Assembly (NCBI GenBank): GCA_012026655.1
Contig: JAAILG010001202.1
Location: forward strand, 1-64,000
Length of the DNA stretch: 64,000 bases
Origin: Hydrolagus affinis
Lineage: Eukaryota
Reading direction: 5' to 3'
In this document: one piece after another, positions 25,701 through 39,700 of the stretch
How the letters are laid out: each line of letters opens with the position of its first letter
Numbering within the stretch: position 1 is the stretch's first letter
Notes under the pieces: model-generated
The model's input: only the letters and a program-made list of their open reading frames with translations
Databases searched by the model: none
Told to the model about the DNA's origin: nothing
Made by a program: the position numbers and the translations under genes

Positions 25701-28700
25701 TTTCGCCAACCATTTGTGTGTAATTGTGTTTCCACAGAGAAGCAAGTGGAAGGCCCATAAACACAGTGCACCACTGGCCATCTGTAGATACAAAACATTA
25801 CTAGGTTTTATGCCATTTCCCCGTCAGGTTTATAGGGTAATAATATCACATGTGGCCTTGGTCTTAGATCAATAGGACAATTAATAGGAAGCACATCAGT
25901 GCAATAAAGATAGACAGAATTGGAATCTGCAAACTTGTGTATATGGCCTTTAATGTCTTCTTGAAATGCAGGGTCAACGGACAATGTTTTAAAACATTCA
26001 GAAGGATGAAATCTTGGAAATTGCCTGCTGTAAAATCTTGGCCTGTTCGGGGTGTTCTCCATTTATCAGCTGTGGAGGATGTAATGTTTCTGTTTACCAA
26101 ATTTATATGCAGCCAATCTATCTTGGCGTTTTATCAATGGCTTTGCTTCAGACTCATAAAATTATTCGCCTACACGCAAATGCGCTCCAACTTCAATGTG
26201 GGCTGCATTAACTCTTGCCTTTTGCAAAGGCAGTCTTTCTGAAATTGTCAGCAGCCGGGATGGTGTCAAGTTCAAAAGCAATAGCTTCATATCTCTCGGC
26301 TGTGTGTTTTTGTAGTTTTAATTTATTAGTGGAACTGTAGCGCATGAAGAAATAGGAGAAGGCAGATGAGTCAACAACCTATAGGTTGGACATGATTACA
26401 GCTACTTTACTTGGCTGTCTGATTTCCTCCAGGAAAAAAAAACTGCTGTCTGAGTGAAATTTCCAGTGTGGTCTGGAGACAGGCCCCTTCAGAATAAGGC
26501 TCGCAGACTGTCAGCTTTGATAAATTAGTTCTCAGGGTTCATTTTATGTTTAGGCCATGACATCAAAGCTTTTCTACTTCATTTGAGAATTTAATATTTT
26601 TTTTGGCAAGGGGGGGGCAAAGGGGTGACTACTCGGGATCTGTGTCAAATGTATTGCAATTCACACCAACACTAAATCTTTATTCGTGTATGCTCTTCTT
26701 GTGGCTAATCTTGTGAGCATTTCACAAAATTAGAAGAATTTTGTTTCCAAGCAAAGTATTTTCTCACAGTCATTTGGAAACACAATGGAAACCTGACATT
26801 ATATAGCAATGTTTAGCTGTAATTTGGACAGTGAGGGTGGAATGTGAACCCCCCCCATGCTAAGTCAGTAGGGAACATATATCCCCCCACCCCACCACCA
26901 CCCCCCACTTCGTATCCACACACACTGAGTATAAGATGTAATAAACTTTCTTTATTTGTTAGTTTCTCATACTGGGCCTCCTGGGAATTCCCTTTCAAAA
27001 ATATTGTATTTTATTGCTGAATTTACTTGTGAAACTGGTTCGTCTGGCCAAGAGAATTGGATGGTTTGGGATTTAAAGTTCTCCAAAACCATTATCAGGG
27101 TCAATGGTCAAATGACTGACCTAATATAAATCGCCTTTGTGCTCTCAACCGCAGTGCCAAAGAACAATGGAGCCTGACCCCAAATCCTCTCTCCCTATGA
27201 GTTGGCACTTCCCCATCAAGAGTTATGAACTTGTTTGGCAATACACCACTTTTTACATTGCTTTTGTTAAATGGATGTTAAGTGACATTGATAGACACCT
27301 TGGGGCAAGGACATAGAAGACAAGAAAGTGATAGTAACTTAAATGAAAGCAAAAAAAAAGAGATAATTTAAAATAATTAGAGTCAAAGTTAAAACATAAT
27401 ACATTAGGATAGGTTTTTGATTGGAATGGATTCTGGATGTTCCTTCCCGGATACATATAAATCATTCTCTTTTTCGGTTATTCTTATTAGGTAAACACTA
27501 TCCAAAATATGGCATCTAGTCCGATTGACAGTTACTGATTATGTAAGTGCACCGAAATGAAAGGTATTAACTCATCTGTCATAGAAGGATTGCAATGGAA
27601 GACAAGCAGGTCTAAAATTGATCTTCTGCACTCTGGGACTTAATCCATTGTAGCAAAATCTATTCAATCATGTTAGCAATCCTTCACCATTATCTCTACT
27701 GGCCACTAAGGTCACTCGGTTAATTAAAAGAGAGCAGCATGAAAATGTGCGCCGTAAAACCTTCGTCCCTATGCTTGCAAACACACAAAGCCCTGATGTG
27801 GGATGTGCACATGGTTGTGGCAGAAATCACACACAGCTCTTCTATATTCTCATTCCCAAACTAAAAAAAAACACCAAACCTGTTTTCTGGGAGACAGGGC
27901 TAAGCCTCCTGAAATCCCATGTAATTAAGACTGGTTTTGTTTCAACCCAATAGTGAATCATGTGCAGCATTTCCAGTACTGTGCACAGCAAGATCCTGTA
28001 ATGCACCATTAATATTTGATGCAATAGGTATGCAATAGACTGCTCTGATTTGGTAAGCAAGCCCCACATTTTGGCAGAAATTCGACTGGTGCCTGAAGTG
28101 GATCCAGCCAAAGAGTTGGATCCTGATGATTGGCAACTTCAGAAATTCTGTCCTGTTCTTTAGTAGAATATTTAACAACTACAACAACAGCAATGGCAGG
28201 ATTTTAATCTGCCATTAAACTGGTGACTTGGGCATCTATTAAGATTCCTTCTCAATGGCAATCCAGATTTATTTTAAAAAATCAGTGAAATCTTCAAGCA
28301 GTGAATAGCTTCAGCAATACAGTGTTCCTGAGGAAAGTTGCCAATTCCCACTAACTGCTTAGTGAATGGAGCTCAATGTCACTGCCACATGTTAGTGAGT
28401 GGAACACCTTAGTCAGCATTAACTCAATTTTGCTACCATGTAAATCCAGTTTGAAGCATTTTTTTTCCTACTGCTCCACAGCATATAAAACTATTCCAAA
28501 CATGGGTTTCTTTTTGATTGAGGTTATCCTTAAAATCTGTGACCTAAACAAAAAGAATTTTAAGAGTAATTTACAGGCAGGAGAGGATTGTATTGGATTT
28601 TTTTTAATATGGGTTAATGTTCTCATGTCTCATGTTCTTAGGCTTAACACCTTTGTTTTAAAAATGCAACCACGCAGAACATGAATAAACTGTCTTAACC

Positions 28701-31671
28701 TGAGCCTTATTTTGGCAGCTAATTTTAAGCAGTCAGTTTTAGGCACTGCAGAAAATCAGTTTCCAAATTAAGACTGAATTAAGACCCAAAAGTTTCACAA
28801 TTTTCATTTGAAGCTGACAAACATAAGGATGGATATTCAGATCTCAGCTGTGTCACAGTAAGATAGATTTAATTTGTGATCCAGGAAAGATTATGAGTTG
28901 GGCTTATACTCAAGATATCCAAGGGATAAAATTTGCTCTTCAGTACAGCTAGTGAATTCGGTGACAGATAGTTATAGTAGTGAAATTCCAGGACAACTGG
29001 ATGTGACCCCAGTGACTTTGATGGACTGTGGAATATGCTTTCCAGTTGTTGGGACAGAACCACTAAGGCAAATTAACAAAGGGTTCAGATGTTTTTATAC
29101 GATAGTTAAATGTAGAATGATTACTTCTTATTCATTTGACATCCATTGCTTTCAATTAAACAATCACATAAGAGAGGTTGAGATGGCTTTAGAACCAATG
29201 GATCTCCTCCTTCCAGATTACCCAACCTGCCTTCCTCCTGTTACAGTATCAAGCTATTTCTTAAATGTGTCCATTGTGCTGGCCTTAACCACCATCCGTA
29301 GTAAATTGTAATTAATCTGTGTAATTCATAATGGTTTAGGTTTCTTTGAGCTGGAATGGGTTAAGTGGAATATAACAGATGATTCCACTTGTATTGCTAA
29401 TCAAGTCTTCTCTCAGGCTCTCTCTCCACAGATGGCTTCACTGTGGTTGAAATAAATAATCCACATCTGTTGCAATGTAAAACAGATTTGTTCAAACTTT
29501 TCCACTCAAACATTTACTTCCAACCCGATAAATTATACAGGGAAAATGTCAACTTAGTCATTTCTATTTTCCCTAACAGCGAATAAAATTAAACAAATGG
29601 CAAAATATTAAAAGTTACCGTAGTTAAATTAGTTTAGAATTTGAACTGGTGCTGAAGTCATTCACAATCTATGTGAAAACGTTTGAAGTGAGTTTCTGCT
29701 CAACCCATCTTTTCTGTCTGTATTCCTTGACTTGGCAGAAGGCTATTCTTGTGTCTGATTGCTTCAGCTGCAAAGACCAGTCCTGTCAAGTCCCAGAACA
29801 GTATATGGTGCTGCTCAGTGGAACTAACAGGAAGGTTACTTGTCGCACTGAGGCAGTCTCTATTTTTTAATTTTAATTTTTGTTTTATTGGACTTTTTTT
29901 GTTTTACTGGACAGTGATTGATTTTTTTCAAGAAACATAATCAAATTGAAAGGGACAGAAGCAGAACTGGGGACATATGTTATGAATGAGATAAATTCCA
30001 CTTATTCCTTGTTGTAGCTTGTCTTTACATTTCTGATAACGAGCATTTGTGAAAAATTCTCAAATTCATTTTTAATTTACCAATTGTGTCTTTTTAAGAA
30101 CTGTGGAGGAAGGTCTTCCAAATTGAGATTCTATTGGAAGAATTTTCCACAATTCTGCAAGAAATCATATTTTAAGATAAATTGGTCTTTGCAGGCTGGC
30201 TGTGTCTAGATGGAATTTTGTGTCTCAGATTTCTTTCAGCTTTGGTTTCAGCTTCAGAATATCCACATTAGGTGGTCACAGTGTCCACCGACCAACAAGC
30301 TAGTGTTCTGATCGCACCAGAAATATGAGTGTGTCTGCTCTCCAACGGCAATAGAAAATAGACTTGTATTCTCCTTTACACGCCCAGTGATCACTTGCAG
30401 ACACATACTCAGACTGATGAGTTCACCAGTATTGCAAGGGAAATATAATACTTTTTTTTAACCAGACAGCTAGGGATTTTCTTCGCTCTCGACAAGACAT
30501 CCTAGGTAAACTGAGGCACACAAAACAGTAGTCCATCAGTCTTTGAACACACCAACTCCCAACATTGAAACTAAAAATCGATGAATCCTCCCAGCATTTA
30601 ATGGTTGCTGCAATATCTTTAGATTTGTTGAATTTATGATGTCTTTCTGATGCCAACCAAGAGGTTCAGGATAATTAAAAACAAATTATTGCATTGGCAT
30701 CCAACATAATGAGTTTCTGTTTGATTACTATCGCATTGCCAGTGGGAATGTGATGAAAAATGCTTTTTTGGTATCTCTCTGAATGTGTGTACCACAAATT
30801 ATTCAACTGACTGTCTAACTGAATCCCAAGATGCGTAATTTCACATTTCACTTAAGAATAAGTCAACAAGGAATATTGTCAAGAGGGTTGATATCGATGC
30901 AAAGCAATATCAGTACAGAAACTATGTATAAATATATAAAGTGTGGTCCTGACACTTTGGAGATCAAACATTACGTCCCAGAGCTACCAATAGCACAACA
31001 TCAACATACTTTTAACAAGCTGCAATTCCTTTAACAAGAAAGAGTTTGCTTGGCAACATCTGCACAACTGTAAGTTGTGTGCTTCATTCAGTTCAATCAC
31101 ACTACTTGTGATTTGTCTCCTGATATTATTTCACTGACAAATATCGCTCGGCATTTACTCCAGAGATAGAATGGCAGAGATTCCTGAAGGGCAAGCTGAT
31201 CACCTTACAGACTTTCAGCAATTACTGCCTTCAATGCCTTTGGCCATCACGAAGATGCAAACTCATTATGTCAATGGTGTAACAGTAACGGAACCGTTTA
31301 GTTGGCATAAGAATATTTTTAATACACTCAACAACTTTTAGATATTTCATCAAGCATTAACATTTAGATTCATCATTATGGTTATAAATGCTAAAAGTAC
31401 TTAAAGGTACTGTATTAACATTTATATTAAATGCTTATAAATAACCTTACACAGATATTAATTAGATGCAGATCTATGGACATCCGTAGACAGTAGGGTT
31501 AACCCCCAAAATATTTGGTTGCAAACCAGTCAAAAACGAGACTTTGTTTGCTTTGTACTCCGTGTCTTGTTACCAACTTGGGAAAGATAATACCCAAAAA
31601 GAAAACATTGGCACAGGCGTTGCTTAATCGAGTTGCACTGCAAAGTCAAACATTTGTGTCTTTATTTTTAG

Positions 31672-31849
31672 GTATCCATTTCCTACAGTATTCAGCAGTT
31701 GCAGCAAAAAGGACCTGGACAGTAGCCTGGAGAAGGGAGTAGGAATGTGCCTGTTTAATATGCCAGAAATTAAAGAGCTCCATGGTGGTCAAAAGTGTGG
31801 CAATGGATATGTGGAGGAAGGCGAGGAGTGCGATTGTGGTGAACCTGAA
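31672..31849 (+). CDS. ADAM12: ADAM12 exon ~12: YPFPTVFSSCS...CGNGYVEEGEECDCGEPE (protease end, disintegrin start)
   Basis: ttttag| acceptor, |gtaaga donor; 178 nt. Confidence 0.97.
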
Positions 31850-33761
31850 GTAAGACTGCACAGGGGAGATTGGGTTACTCTTTTTATTGCTTTGTGAATT
31901 TCAAAGTTATTCTCCGGGGACAGGAGTTAAGCTCAAATTTGAGTAGAGTATTGTGCACCAAATCAATTCAAGTCTGGTCCTATTTAAAAAGTCAGCATAC
32001 TTTACATTATTATCTTAATGAGCAAATTACTACAACGCTTCTATGCCGGTAGCTTCACAGGTTTTCCCCAAATGCCGTTGTATTCTGGACCTTGTGAGTT
32101 CATTATGCGAAAATCACATTACCAACTCACTGTATTCGAGGATCATACATTTATAGACCAGACAGTTACGTAGTAGCATCTCCCCAGTTATGTATTATTG
32201 AAGCACAAATTAGCCTGGTAACACTAACCTCCTAAACAGACAGTAACAGTCAAGAAGCCTGGCAGGCCATGTTTATATGGATCTACTGTAGATATTATAA
32301 TTACTCATAATAAAGGAAATAGCAGAGTGATGGTGACCAGTAAGGTTTTACGATACAGTAGTTCAGAATGATCAGCTATAAAGTAACAGTAGATTCCTTT
32401 GCTCTATTCTCTTTTTAGTGCAAAGAAACGTGCCAATTACTAATGCAGATAAAGTGCATATAATGTGCATGTCTTCTATTACTTTTGCCTATCTATACAA
32501 CAACAACAACAAATTTACATTTATATAGCGCCTTTCAGATCAGGAGGATGTCCCAAGGCGCTGAAGTTGATGGCTTGAGGCATGTGCAGTGGAGGTGAAG
32601 TGAGGATAACACAGAGTCATCTAATATTATCGTTTGTGCTTACAGATCTACTTTTATTTTACAATATTTATTTTTTCTGCTTGCGGACAGTAATGTTTTG
32701 ATCAGTTCAAGAAGATAAACAGTGGAAATTAGGCTAACATCCAGCTGGGTAGATTCCTCTAACAAAAAGAAAAAGACAGACTGAAGCTGTACACCCTTGC
32801 CAACACTGATGGCTCTGGATATCTTCATGTGAAGAATTTAATAACATTTGTTGACTTAAATTGTCACTATATTTTAGCTTTACAGATACCGAGATAATCA
32901 AGCTCGCAGAGACTGAATGTTCCGATCGAGAAACCTTTATATAGCAATGTGCAGGGTACAGAAAGTATTTCCATTGCAGGCAGTAATATAACATTGTACT
33001 AGTAAACTAAACATTTTTTAAACTAATCTACAGAATTAAAGTAATTAAAAGTATATTTCCCATGCTGGCAACACGTATCAATAGTATATATGCATTATTT
33101 TATATACGGAGGGACCATAATGCTTCACATTTTATACTTTGAAGATTCCCAAGTGTCACTTTGTTTTAGGGAATTCAGGGGATCAATTTCTCTGCTTTTC
33201 TTAACAAAGAAATCTACAATTTAAGAGTGGTTTCCTTATGATAACCGTAAATACCTTATGCTGACACAATGGAAATCCACTCTGAAAATAGATTGGTGTT
33301 GGAGTGTGGTGTTTCTTTGACTCACTGCTGTTGACTTAATTTCTTAATTGAAAAGTCTTGTTAGTAAATACTGCAAAATTGGCTCCAGTATTATGTGATA
33401 GAATACTGAAGGTATCAAGGTACCTTGGGGGCAGCTGAGCTAACATATGCCAGAATTGTTCCGTTTGCCATTATAAATTTTGCTAGTTGGAGAGAATCAA
33501 ATTCATGTTATGTATTGCTACCTATTGCTACAGCTTGGGGATAAATGGGTAAAACAATATATTTGCTGAACAGTAACATGAGAAGTATTATTTTAAGAAA
33601 TGAGTAAAAGTTTAACTTTGTTGTTATGCACAGCTATTTTTGTGTATTTTTTTCCTCTAGTACTTTTACTGACCATGTCAGGAATGCCTGGGTATTTTGT
33701 CTTTTGCATTGCTTAATGTGGTCATAATTCTAATTGTTGTGTGTGTGTTTTCTGCTTTAAG

Positions 33762-33851
33762 GAATGTACCAACCCATGCTGTAATGCAAGCACCTGCACA
33801 CTGAAATCCGAAGCAGTATGTGCGCATGGACTTTGCTGCAAAGATTGCAAG
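33762..33851 (+). CDS. ADAM12: ADAM12 exon ~13: ECTNPCCNASTCTLKSEAVCAHGLCCKDCK
   Basis: tttaag| acceptor, |gtgatc donor; disintegrin Cys pattern. Confidence 0.97.
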
Positions 33852-34979
33852 GTGATCAAATCTTTTGAGATCTGAGATTCTTCTTCCTGCTGAAAGAAAT
33901 GTACATGTTCTCTCTCTCAGGAAACTAATAGCAAGAAATTCCACCTAAATCTAGATTTTCTCTATTTATCTAGCATTTCAGAGCATCCAGAATTTAGCAA
34001 ATTGTTGAATTCAGTCTTGACTTTGAAGTTGTTTTTTCTGCAGTTTGTGGAGGAATTTACAGAAAATGGACTCCTGAATTAAAGACTCTGTTTAAGAATT
34101 TGCCAAATTTGGGATATGCTCAAATGCTAAGAAAACAGTAAATCAGGTGGACCATCCAGCTCTAGTACTAGAGTACTCACTACAAATAAATTAAATTGTT
34201 TTAAGCAGTTTGAGGTATTTTTAATTAAGGTGCTATAAAACACAAGTAATATATCAAATATATAACAAACTCATACATAGTGATTATCAAAAGCAGTGCA
34301 TTATTGTCAAATAAGCAAAAGCTTATATCTCACCTATCCTTCCGATTGCTTTATTTCTATATAAGATTTAAATGTGTAAAGCCCTTAACTCGCGAAAGTG
34401 GCACATATAACTTTATTTATTGTACAGTACTTTGCTAACTTAAATAACTGAAAATATCTCCAATGTTTCAATGAATCCACGGAATGCAGTACATTATTTA
34501 GTGCTCCCTGGTTTGGTTGATATCAGTACTTTAAACTGTAGTTTTAAATGCCACAGTTGGTGTAGACCAAACTGAAGAGATTCCGCATTAGTCCTATTGC
34601 CAGTTTATCCCAGTTGGAAGACTGTACAAGAGGGTTAAAGTGGTCAAGTAGAGATGGGAAAAGATTTAAATGTAATCTGTGTTCTCCATTCTTTCCATCT
34701 CAATAAACAATGTACATATGAAAATCAAGAAGTTTGTTCCTCTTCACAAATTCCATCACATTCTCAGACATCTGTTATTTATATAATGCTGTACATACAA
34801 TTCAATTTGTTAATTAATGCCACTGTTTTATTCCATGCTGTGCAGCTGTATTGTAAACTGTAATCATATCATGTGGTGTTAGTGGTATAGTGATGATGGA
34901 AAATTCAGCCAGATAGGATCACATGACGGGAAGAGTTTAACAAATATGTTTTTCAAGTCTATTTCTGGAGTATCCTTAT

Positions 34980-35400
34980 TATGGGGAGAATAGAAAACAT
35001 CAGGAGGATCTGGTCAAATTAAACAAATGAGTCAAGTAGTGACAGATGTTTTTTTTAATATAGATGAATGCAAGGCGATGCACATTCAAATGAGAAACAG
35101 CAAACATTTGTGCACAATGAAGGGTTGTCCATTAGAAAATGATTGGGTAGGGAAACGATTTGAGTGTGATTACTGATCATTCGGAGAAGCTTTCCAGATG
35201 ATGTAAAGCTCTGTCAATAAAACTAATCAAATAGTAGGCTTCATCTTGAGGATGTGTGATCACAAGCCTAAGGAAGCAACCACGACCTTCTATTGATCAC
35301 TGGTGAGACCATGTTTGGAATATTGTGCACTCTTCTAGACCTGCCATCAGAATGTCTTTCAAGTGTTGGAGAGACTTCAGAGAAGGACAGTAAGCTTGGT
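34980..35400 (+). mobile_element. Decayed CR1-clade LINE reverse-transcriptase C-terminal fragment
   Basis: QEDLVKL..., DECKAMH, SLVRPCLEYC, VLERLQRR motifs with stops and frameshifts. Confidence 0.85.
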
Positions 35401-36297
35401 ATTTAGAGCTCTATTTCTTTCCCCACAGAGTAGTGGTTACATGAGAGAATGGGGAATCCATTTATCCCATCAAGCTTGTTCTGCGAGGTTATTGCTACAA
35501 CAACAACAACTTGCATTTATATAGTTCCCCTCGCGCAGTGTAGCATCCTTACTTCCCAAGTACCTGTCAATCTATATTTTAAATATTCTGATTGATTCTG
35601 CCTGTACAGCCTTGTTGGGCTGTGCAATCTGCAACAAAATAAATTAACACTTTATTGTCAGTAACTCATTCAAAAAGAACCTGGGTAAGTGCTGGGAATG
35701 GTATTACTGTATAATTGTGCTAGCTGCAATGCACAAATTATTCATCCAACACAATGATTTCTATGCAGTGGGGGGTTGGAATGTTGTCTAGAGAAAAGGT
35801 AAAAGTTGTAGATGGATGAATATTCTGCTTAGTTACTATTGTAGTTCAGGGAGTATCTGAACAATGCTTTTTCCCCAAGAGATGGCTTGTGTGGGATGAA
35901 GTCCATGATTATTAAATAGATTTTGCATGGTTCTGGAAGGCATAACCTTAACATGCTTCCTTCTGTTCTTAATTTGCATATTCATAACATTGTAATTCAT
36001 ACAGAAAAAAGATATTTGGCTCTACTGTTTGCCAAAATATCCAAATTCAAATTATTTCAAGCCACAAAATACACAAGGTAACATTTTAATAATTCATACC
36101 AAAATATGTTTAGTGACTCATTTAAATCTGCATTCAATAAAATATCAGCTCTAGTGCGTATATGTAGCTCTGCCAGTATGTTACCGTCTGTTAACTGAAT
36201 GTTTTCACCAGACAATTATTTCACACATTGCACAACAACTTGCCTTTATTTGGTTTTTTACAATGACATTTAGTTTTTTGTTGATGTGCATTTGCAG

Positions 36298-36493
36298 TTG
36301 AAGCCGCCAGGAACCCCTTGCAGAGAGTCCAGTAATTCCTGTGATCTACCCGAGTTCTGCACTGGGGCAAATGCACACTGTCCAGCCAATGTATATCTGC
36401 ATGATGGGCAACCCTGTCACAAGAAGGATGGTTACTGCTACAATGGAATATGTCAGACACACGAACAGCAGTGTATTACTCTCTGGGGATCAG
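36298..36493 (+). CDS. ADAM12: ADAM12 exon ~14: disintegrin loop RESSNSCDLPEFC and start of Cys-rich domain
   Basis: ttgcag| acceptor, |gtaaat donor; 196 nt. Confidence 0.97.
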
Positions 36494-37939
36494 GTAAATA
36501 ATCATCACTAAATTCTAACAGCAGCGCAGCACAGAACTTCAAGTTTCTGATCCTCTATTCACACCGTTTCAGAATGTTTGAAAGGAAGAAATTAGCATGG
36601 TGATTAACAATATAATGGTTAAAGGTTAAGGAAAATAATAACACTATGAACATGGTGAGATGTCTCACTCAAATCACGATACTTCCATTATCCCCTGAAC
36701 CTATACTCCTCAGTTTAACATAATGTGCATAGTATTTTGATTTCATGCGCAGATTGAATATGCAGTATATCATGAGGAAACATTTCTAAGCATTTATTTA
36801 ACTCAGTCCACCCATTTATTGCTCGGCATCTCTTTCCCATTAGTTCTTTTATTTCAGATCCTTCAATCCAAATGTGTGGTCTGACTGTACTTGTAATTCC
36901 ATAACTCAGCACTGAGCCACTTGAACTTGACATGAGGAGATACCAGGATGGTTGGCACTAATTTCTCCTCCCTCCTTCAGTCACAGTGCCTCAGCTTTCC
37001 TAGGTATCTCCTTAAAGAGCCAGCATCAGGCCAGAGTCAATGAGAAAAATCCATGCCTGAATATATAATACAGTATACGTCAGAGCTTAACTCTCTCCAC
37101 CATCATGTTGCTTTCAAGGATATTCCTATTGCCGGTGCCAGATAAGGTCCAACAACAACAACAACTTGCACCTACATTGCACCCATCACTCAGGGTAGCA
37201 TCTCAGAGCACTTAACACTGACGTAGCCTGACTCTAAGCTACACAACATACCGCTGTGCAAATTGTCCACCAAAACTGGAAAGTATACATTTAAAAGAAA
37301 CATTGAATTTACTGGACAATATTTGTCAAGTTTGCTTTTTAATAGACTGCTCTGTAGCAGTGATGTTGCCACTAATTCCCAGCCAGGTGATTGCAGATTT
37401 CAGCTCTGGGACTACCTGCTATTTCAGATCTGCGCAGAATTTTATCAGTTCTCAATAAAGACGCTAAATGGAGGTCTGCTGCAAAGAAGCGTTCCACCTT
37501 AGAGGTTTGAGAGACAGATGTTCTCTGTCTAATAGTTAAAGTGTTCGATGGAGTGGCATTTGGTGCAGCTGGGAAGAAGTCTGTAATCTATGCTACTATG
37601 ATAGAGTAATGCAGAAAGGTTTGAAGGGGTGAAGAAGGGATGATTAATGATGCAAAATGATTAAGTATATGTGTCTAATGTCCTCATGTGTCACTGCAGA
37701 TGTGGTTAAGAAACTTAAGCACCCAGTCTTGTCCACTTTTATCAAGACTTTCTTAAATTTTTTGAAAAGTGGTTTCATTTAGCATCAGGTTTTACTGTGA
37801 TGATCTGGTCTGGTGATGGAGATGCTGCAAGTGGTATGCTGCCATGTACCAGCTTCCATCAGCTGCAGGATTTGATAGCACTTTCCTCGTTCACACTGAC
37901 AATCACCCAAAATGACTGAAATTGTTCCTGTTTCATTAG

Positions 37940-38048
37940 GTGCCAAACCAGCTCCTGGAATCTGCTTTGAGAAAGTAAATTCAGCCGGTGATCCCTATGG
38001 TAACTGTGGAAAGGACTCATCTGGTTCATTTGCAAAATGTGAGACCAG
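37940..38048 (+). CDS. ADAM12: ADAM12 exon ~15: AKPAPGICFEKVNSAGDPYGNCGKDSSGSFAKCET(R)
   Basis: cattag| acceptor, |gtacac donor; 109 nt. Confidence 0.97.
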
Positions 38049-38744
38049 GTACACACAATATATTCTTTCTCTTGGAAAACAGGTGGCAGATTTTCAGCAG
38101 CATGGCCCCATAAGCTTTTAGCTTGGAAACAAATAAAGGTGCAAAATAACACTGCCTACCTTTACCCTGGAATCCTCGTAGCTCCTTTCCTCATTTGCCT
38201 TTGGTTGTCTTTAGTTGCTTGGCTAATTCAGATCCACACCTACTTGGATCTTTTGGGATGTCCTTCCAGCGTGAAAGGCGCTGTCCAAATGTAACTTTGT
38301 TAGTTTTGTTGTTGTTTAACACGTCACAGGATTTTTAGTACCATCCTTGACTGTTCCAGAATGAGAGTGCATTGATTGAGGAAATGCTGTATCTTATATT
38401 TTGTATGTCAGTGAGAGTAGGAAGAGGACTAATAACAAGTCACTTATTTCCGGTCTCTGGTTGGGTGTCTGTTTGAGCTATCTGATTTTATTGGTGGTTC
38501 AGTATCAATGGATTAAATTCCCCCTGCTCCACAGTGAATGATCCATCCATCATTTTTCTGAGAGCTGTACAGATGTATGTGAGTAATGTTCACTTTCATT
38601 GATAATCTGTGGTGTTATTTGTCCATGAATTGCCTTTTGGTACGAATATCTTTTGACCATATGCAGTGGTTTCCCAAACAAGGCAGATTTGGTCTCTGTG
38701 GATGGCATTTAATATTCTGACCAATTCTGATTATCTGCGCAAAA

Positions 38745-38945
38745 ATGCAATCCAATTCCTCGTGTAGTCCCTCCATACTCTCTTTCCTTTTTCAAGTCCC
38801 GCCTGAAAACCTTCCTTTTCAACAGTGCCTACAGTCACCTCACTCCCCTCCCCCCCCCCCCTCCCCGCTTGGAGTCAGGCCTCGCCACTGTTAAGTGTTC
38901 TGAGATGCTACCCTGCATGGAAGGCGCTATGTAAGTGCAAGTCAT
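38745..38945 (+). mobile_element. Second L2-type 3' fragment. Related tails at ~37150-37215(-), 41670-41850(+), 54412-54470(+), 57420-57480(-), 58840-58897(+)
   Basis: FKSRLKTFLF-type end; tail ctgagatgctaccctgcatggaaggcgctatgtaagtgcaagt. Confidence 0.75.
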
Positions 38946-38999
38946 TGTCATCCAGATTGATTTGCCAACCACAGCACCCAGTTTCCCAGCAGGCCCTGT

Positions 39000-39700
39000 T
39001 GGTTCCTGTCAAATTTTCCATCAGTCTAAATTGCTTTACCATCCTTGATAACCAGATTTCTATGAGTCCAAGTTTACTCTCATTCCATTACATCCAATTT
39101 CCCACCAAACAAAATTGGCTCCCCATTCATGTCATTCGGTTTCCCAACAGAACTTAGTTGGCTTTTCAGGCGGTGTGTCTGATATCCCACCAGACTAAGT
39201 TGGCTCTCTGTCAATGGTGTTTAATTTCCCAGCAACAAAAGTTGGCTTCTGATCCATGTGTCCCAACAGTCGAGAATGATTGTGTGACCATGTAATCCAG
39301 TTTTCAAAATAGCCTGTGTTAACCAACCAAGTATCCAGTTTCTTTAATAGTTTAGCGTTGTCTTCAACAGTGGTGTCCAATCTATGTACTATAGTAATCT
39401 AAATTCGCTGTTTGTCCATACTCTGCAATTTCCCTACCCTGCAATTGAATGGCAAGCTTTGATGTCCAAGTTCTTTGGCAGACTTTTTCCAAATCTGTCC
39501 AACAATGATGTCTAGTTTGGCTTATTGCCCGTAACAATGAATTCCCTGGCAGTTCACACTATCTGGTTTACTGTTAATCTGGCGAGTGATATTCTCAGTG
39601 TTGGATTTCTCAGGTGTTCTGAAAGGTTTTCCACACCAGACTTTCCATCGCAAGTGAATTCTTCTTATGAATTTCTGATAAGCATTCAGGTAATACATCA
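39000..39700 (-). mobile_element. Decayed RTE-like LINE AP-endonuclease remnant
   Basis: Minus strand has FNCRVG (39432-39449; cf. GDFNARVG) followed by LVNTGYFENWITWSHNHSRLLGHMD (cf. L.ITNT.F...TW.HP.S...H..D). Confidence 0.6.

Noticed and set aside
28898-29311. 137-aa ORF and the other 60-110 aa track ORFs
   Set aside because: Mostly non-ATG starts, intron-like composition, partly LINE remnants; no domain motifs
31171-31341. 56-codon ATG ORF (MAEIPEGQ...) upstream of exon ~12
   Set aside because: No recognisable homology and no donor linking it to ADAM12
38049-38137. Read-through ORF after exon ~15 with AATAAA at 38132
   Set aside because: Would cut the Cys-rich domain mid-fold; AATAAA near donors is frequent here (also after exons ~6 and ~8)
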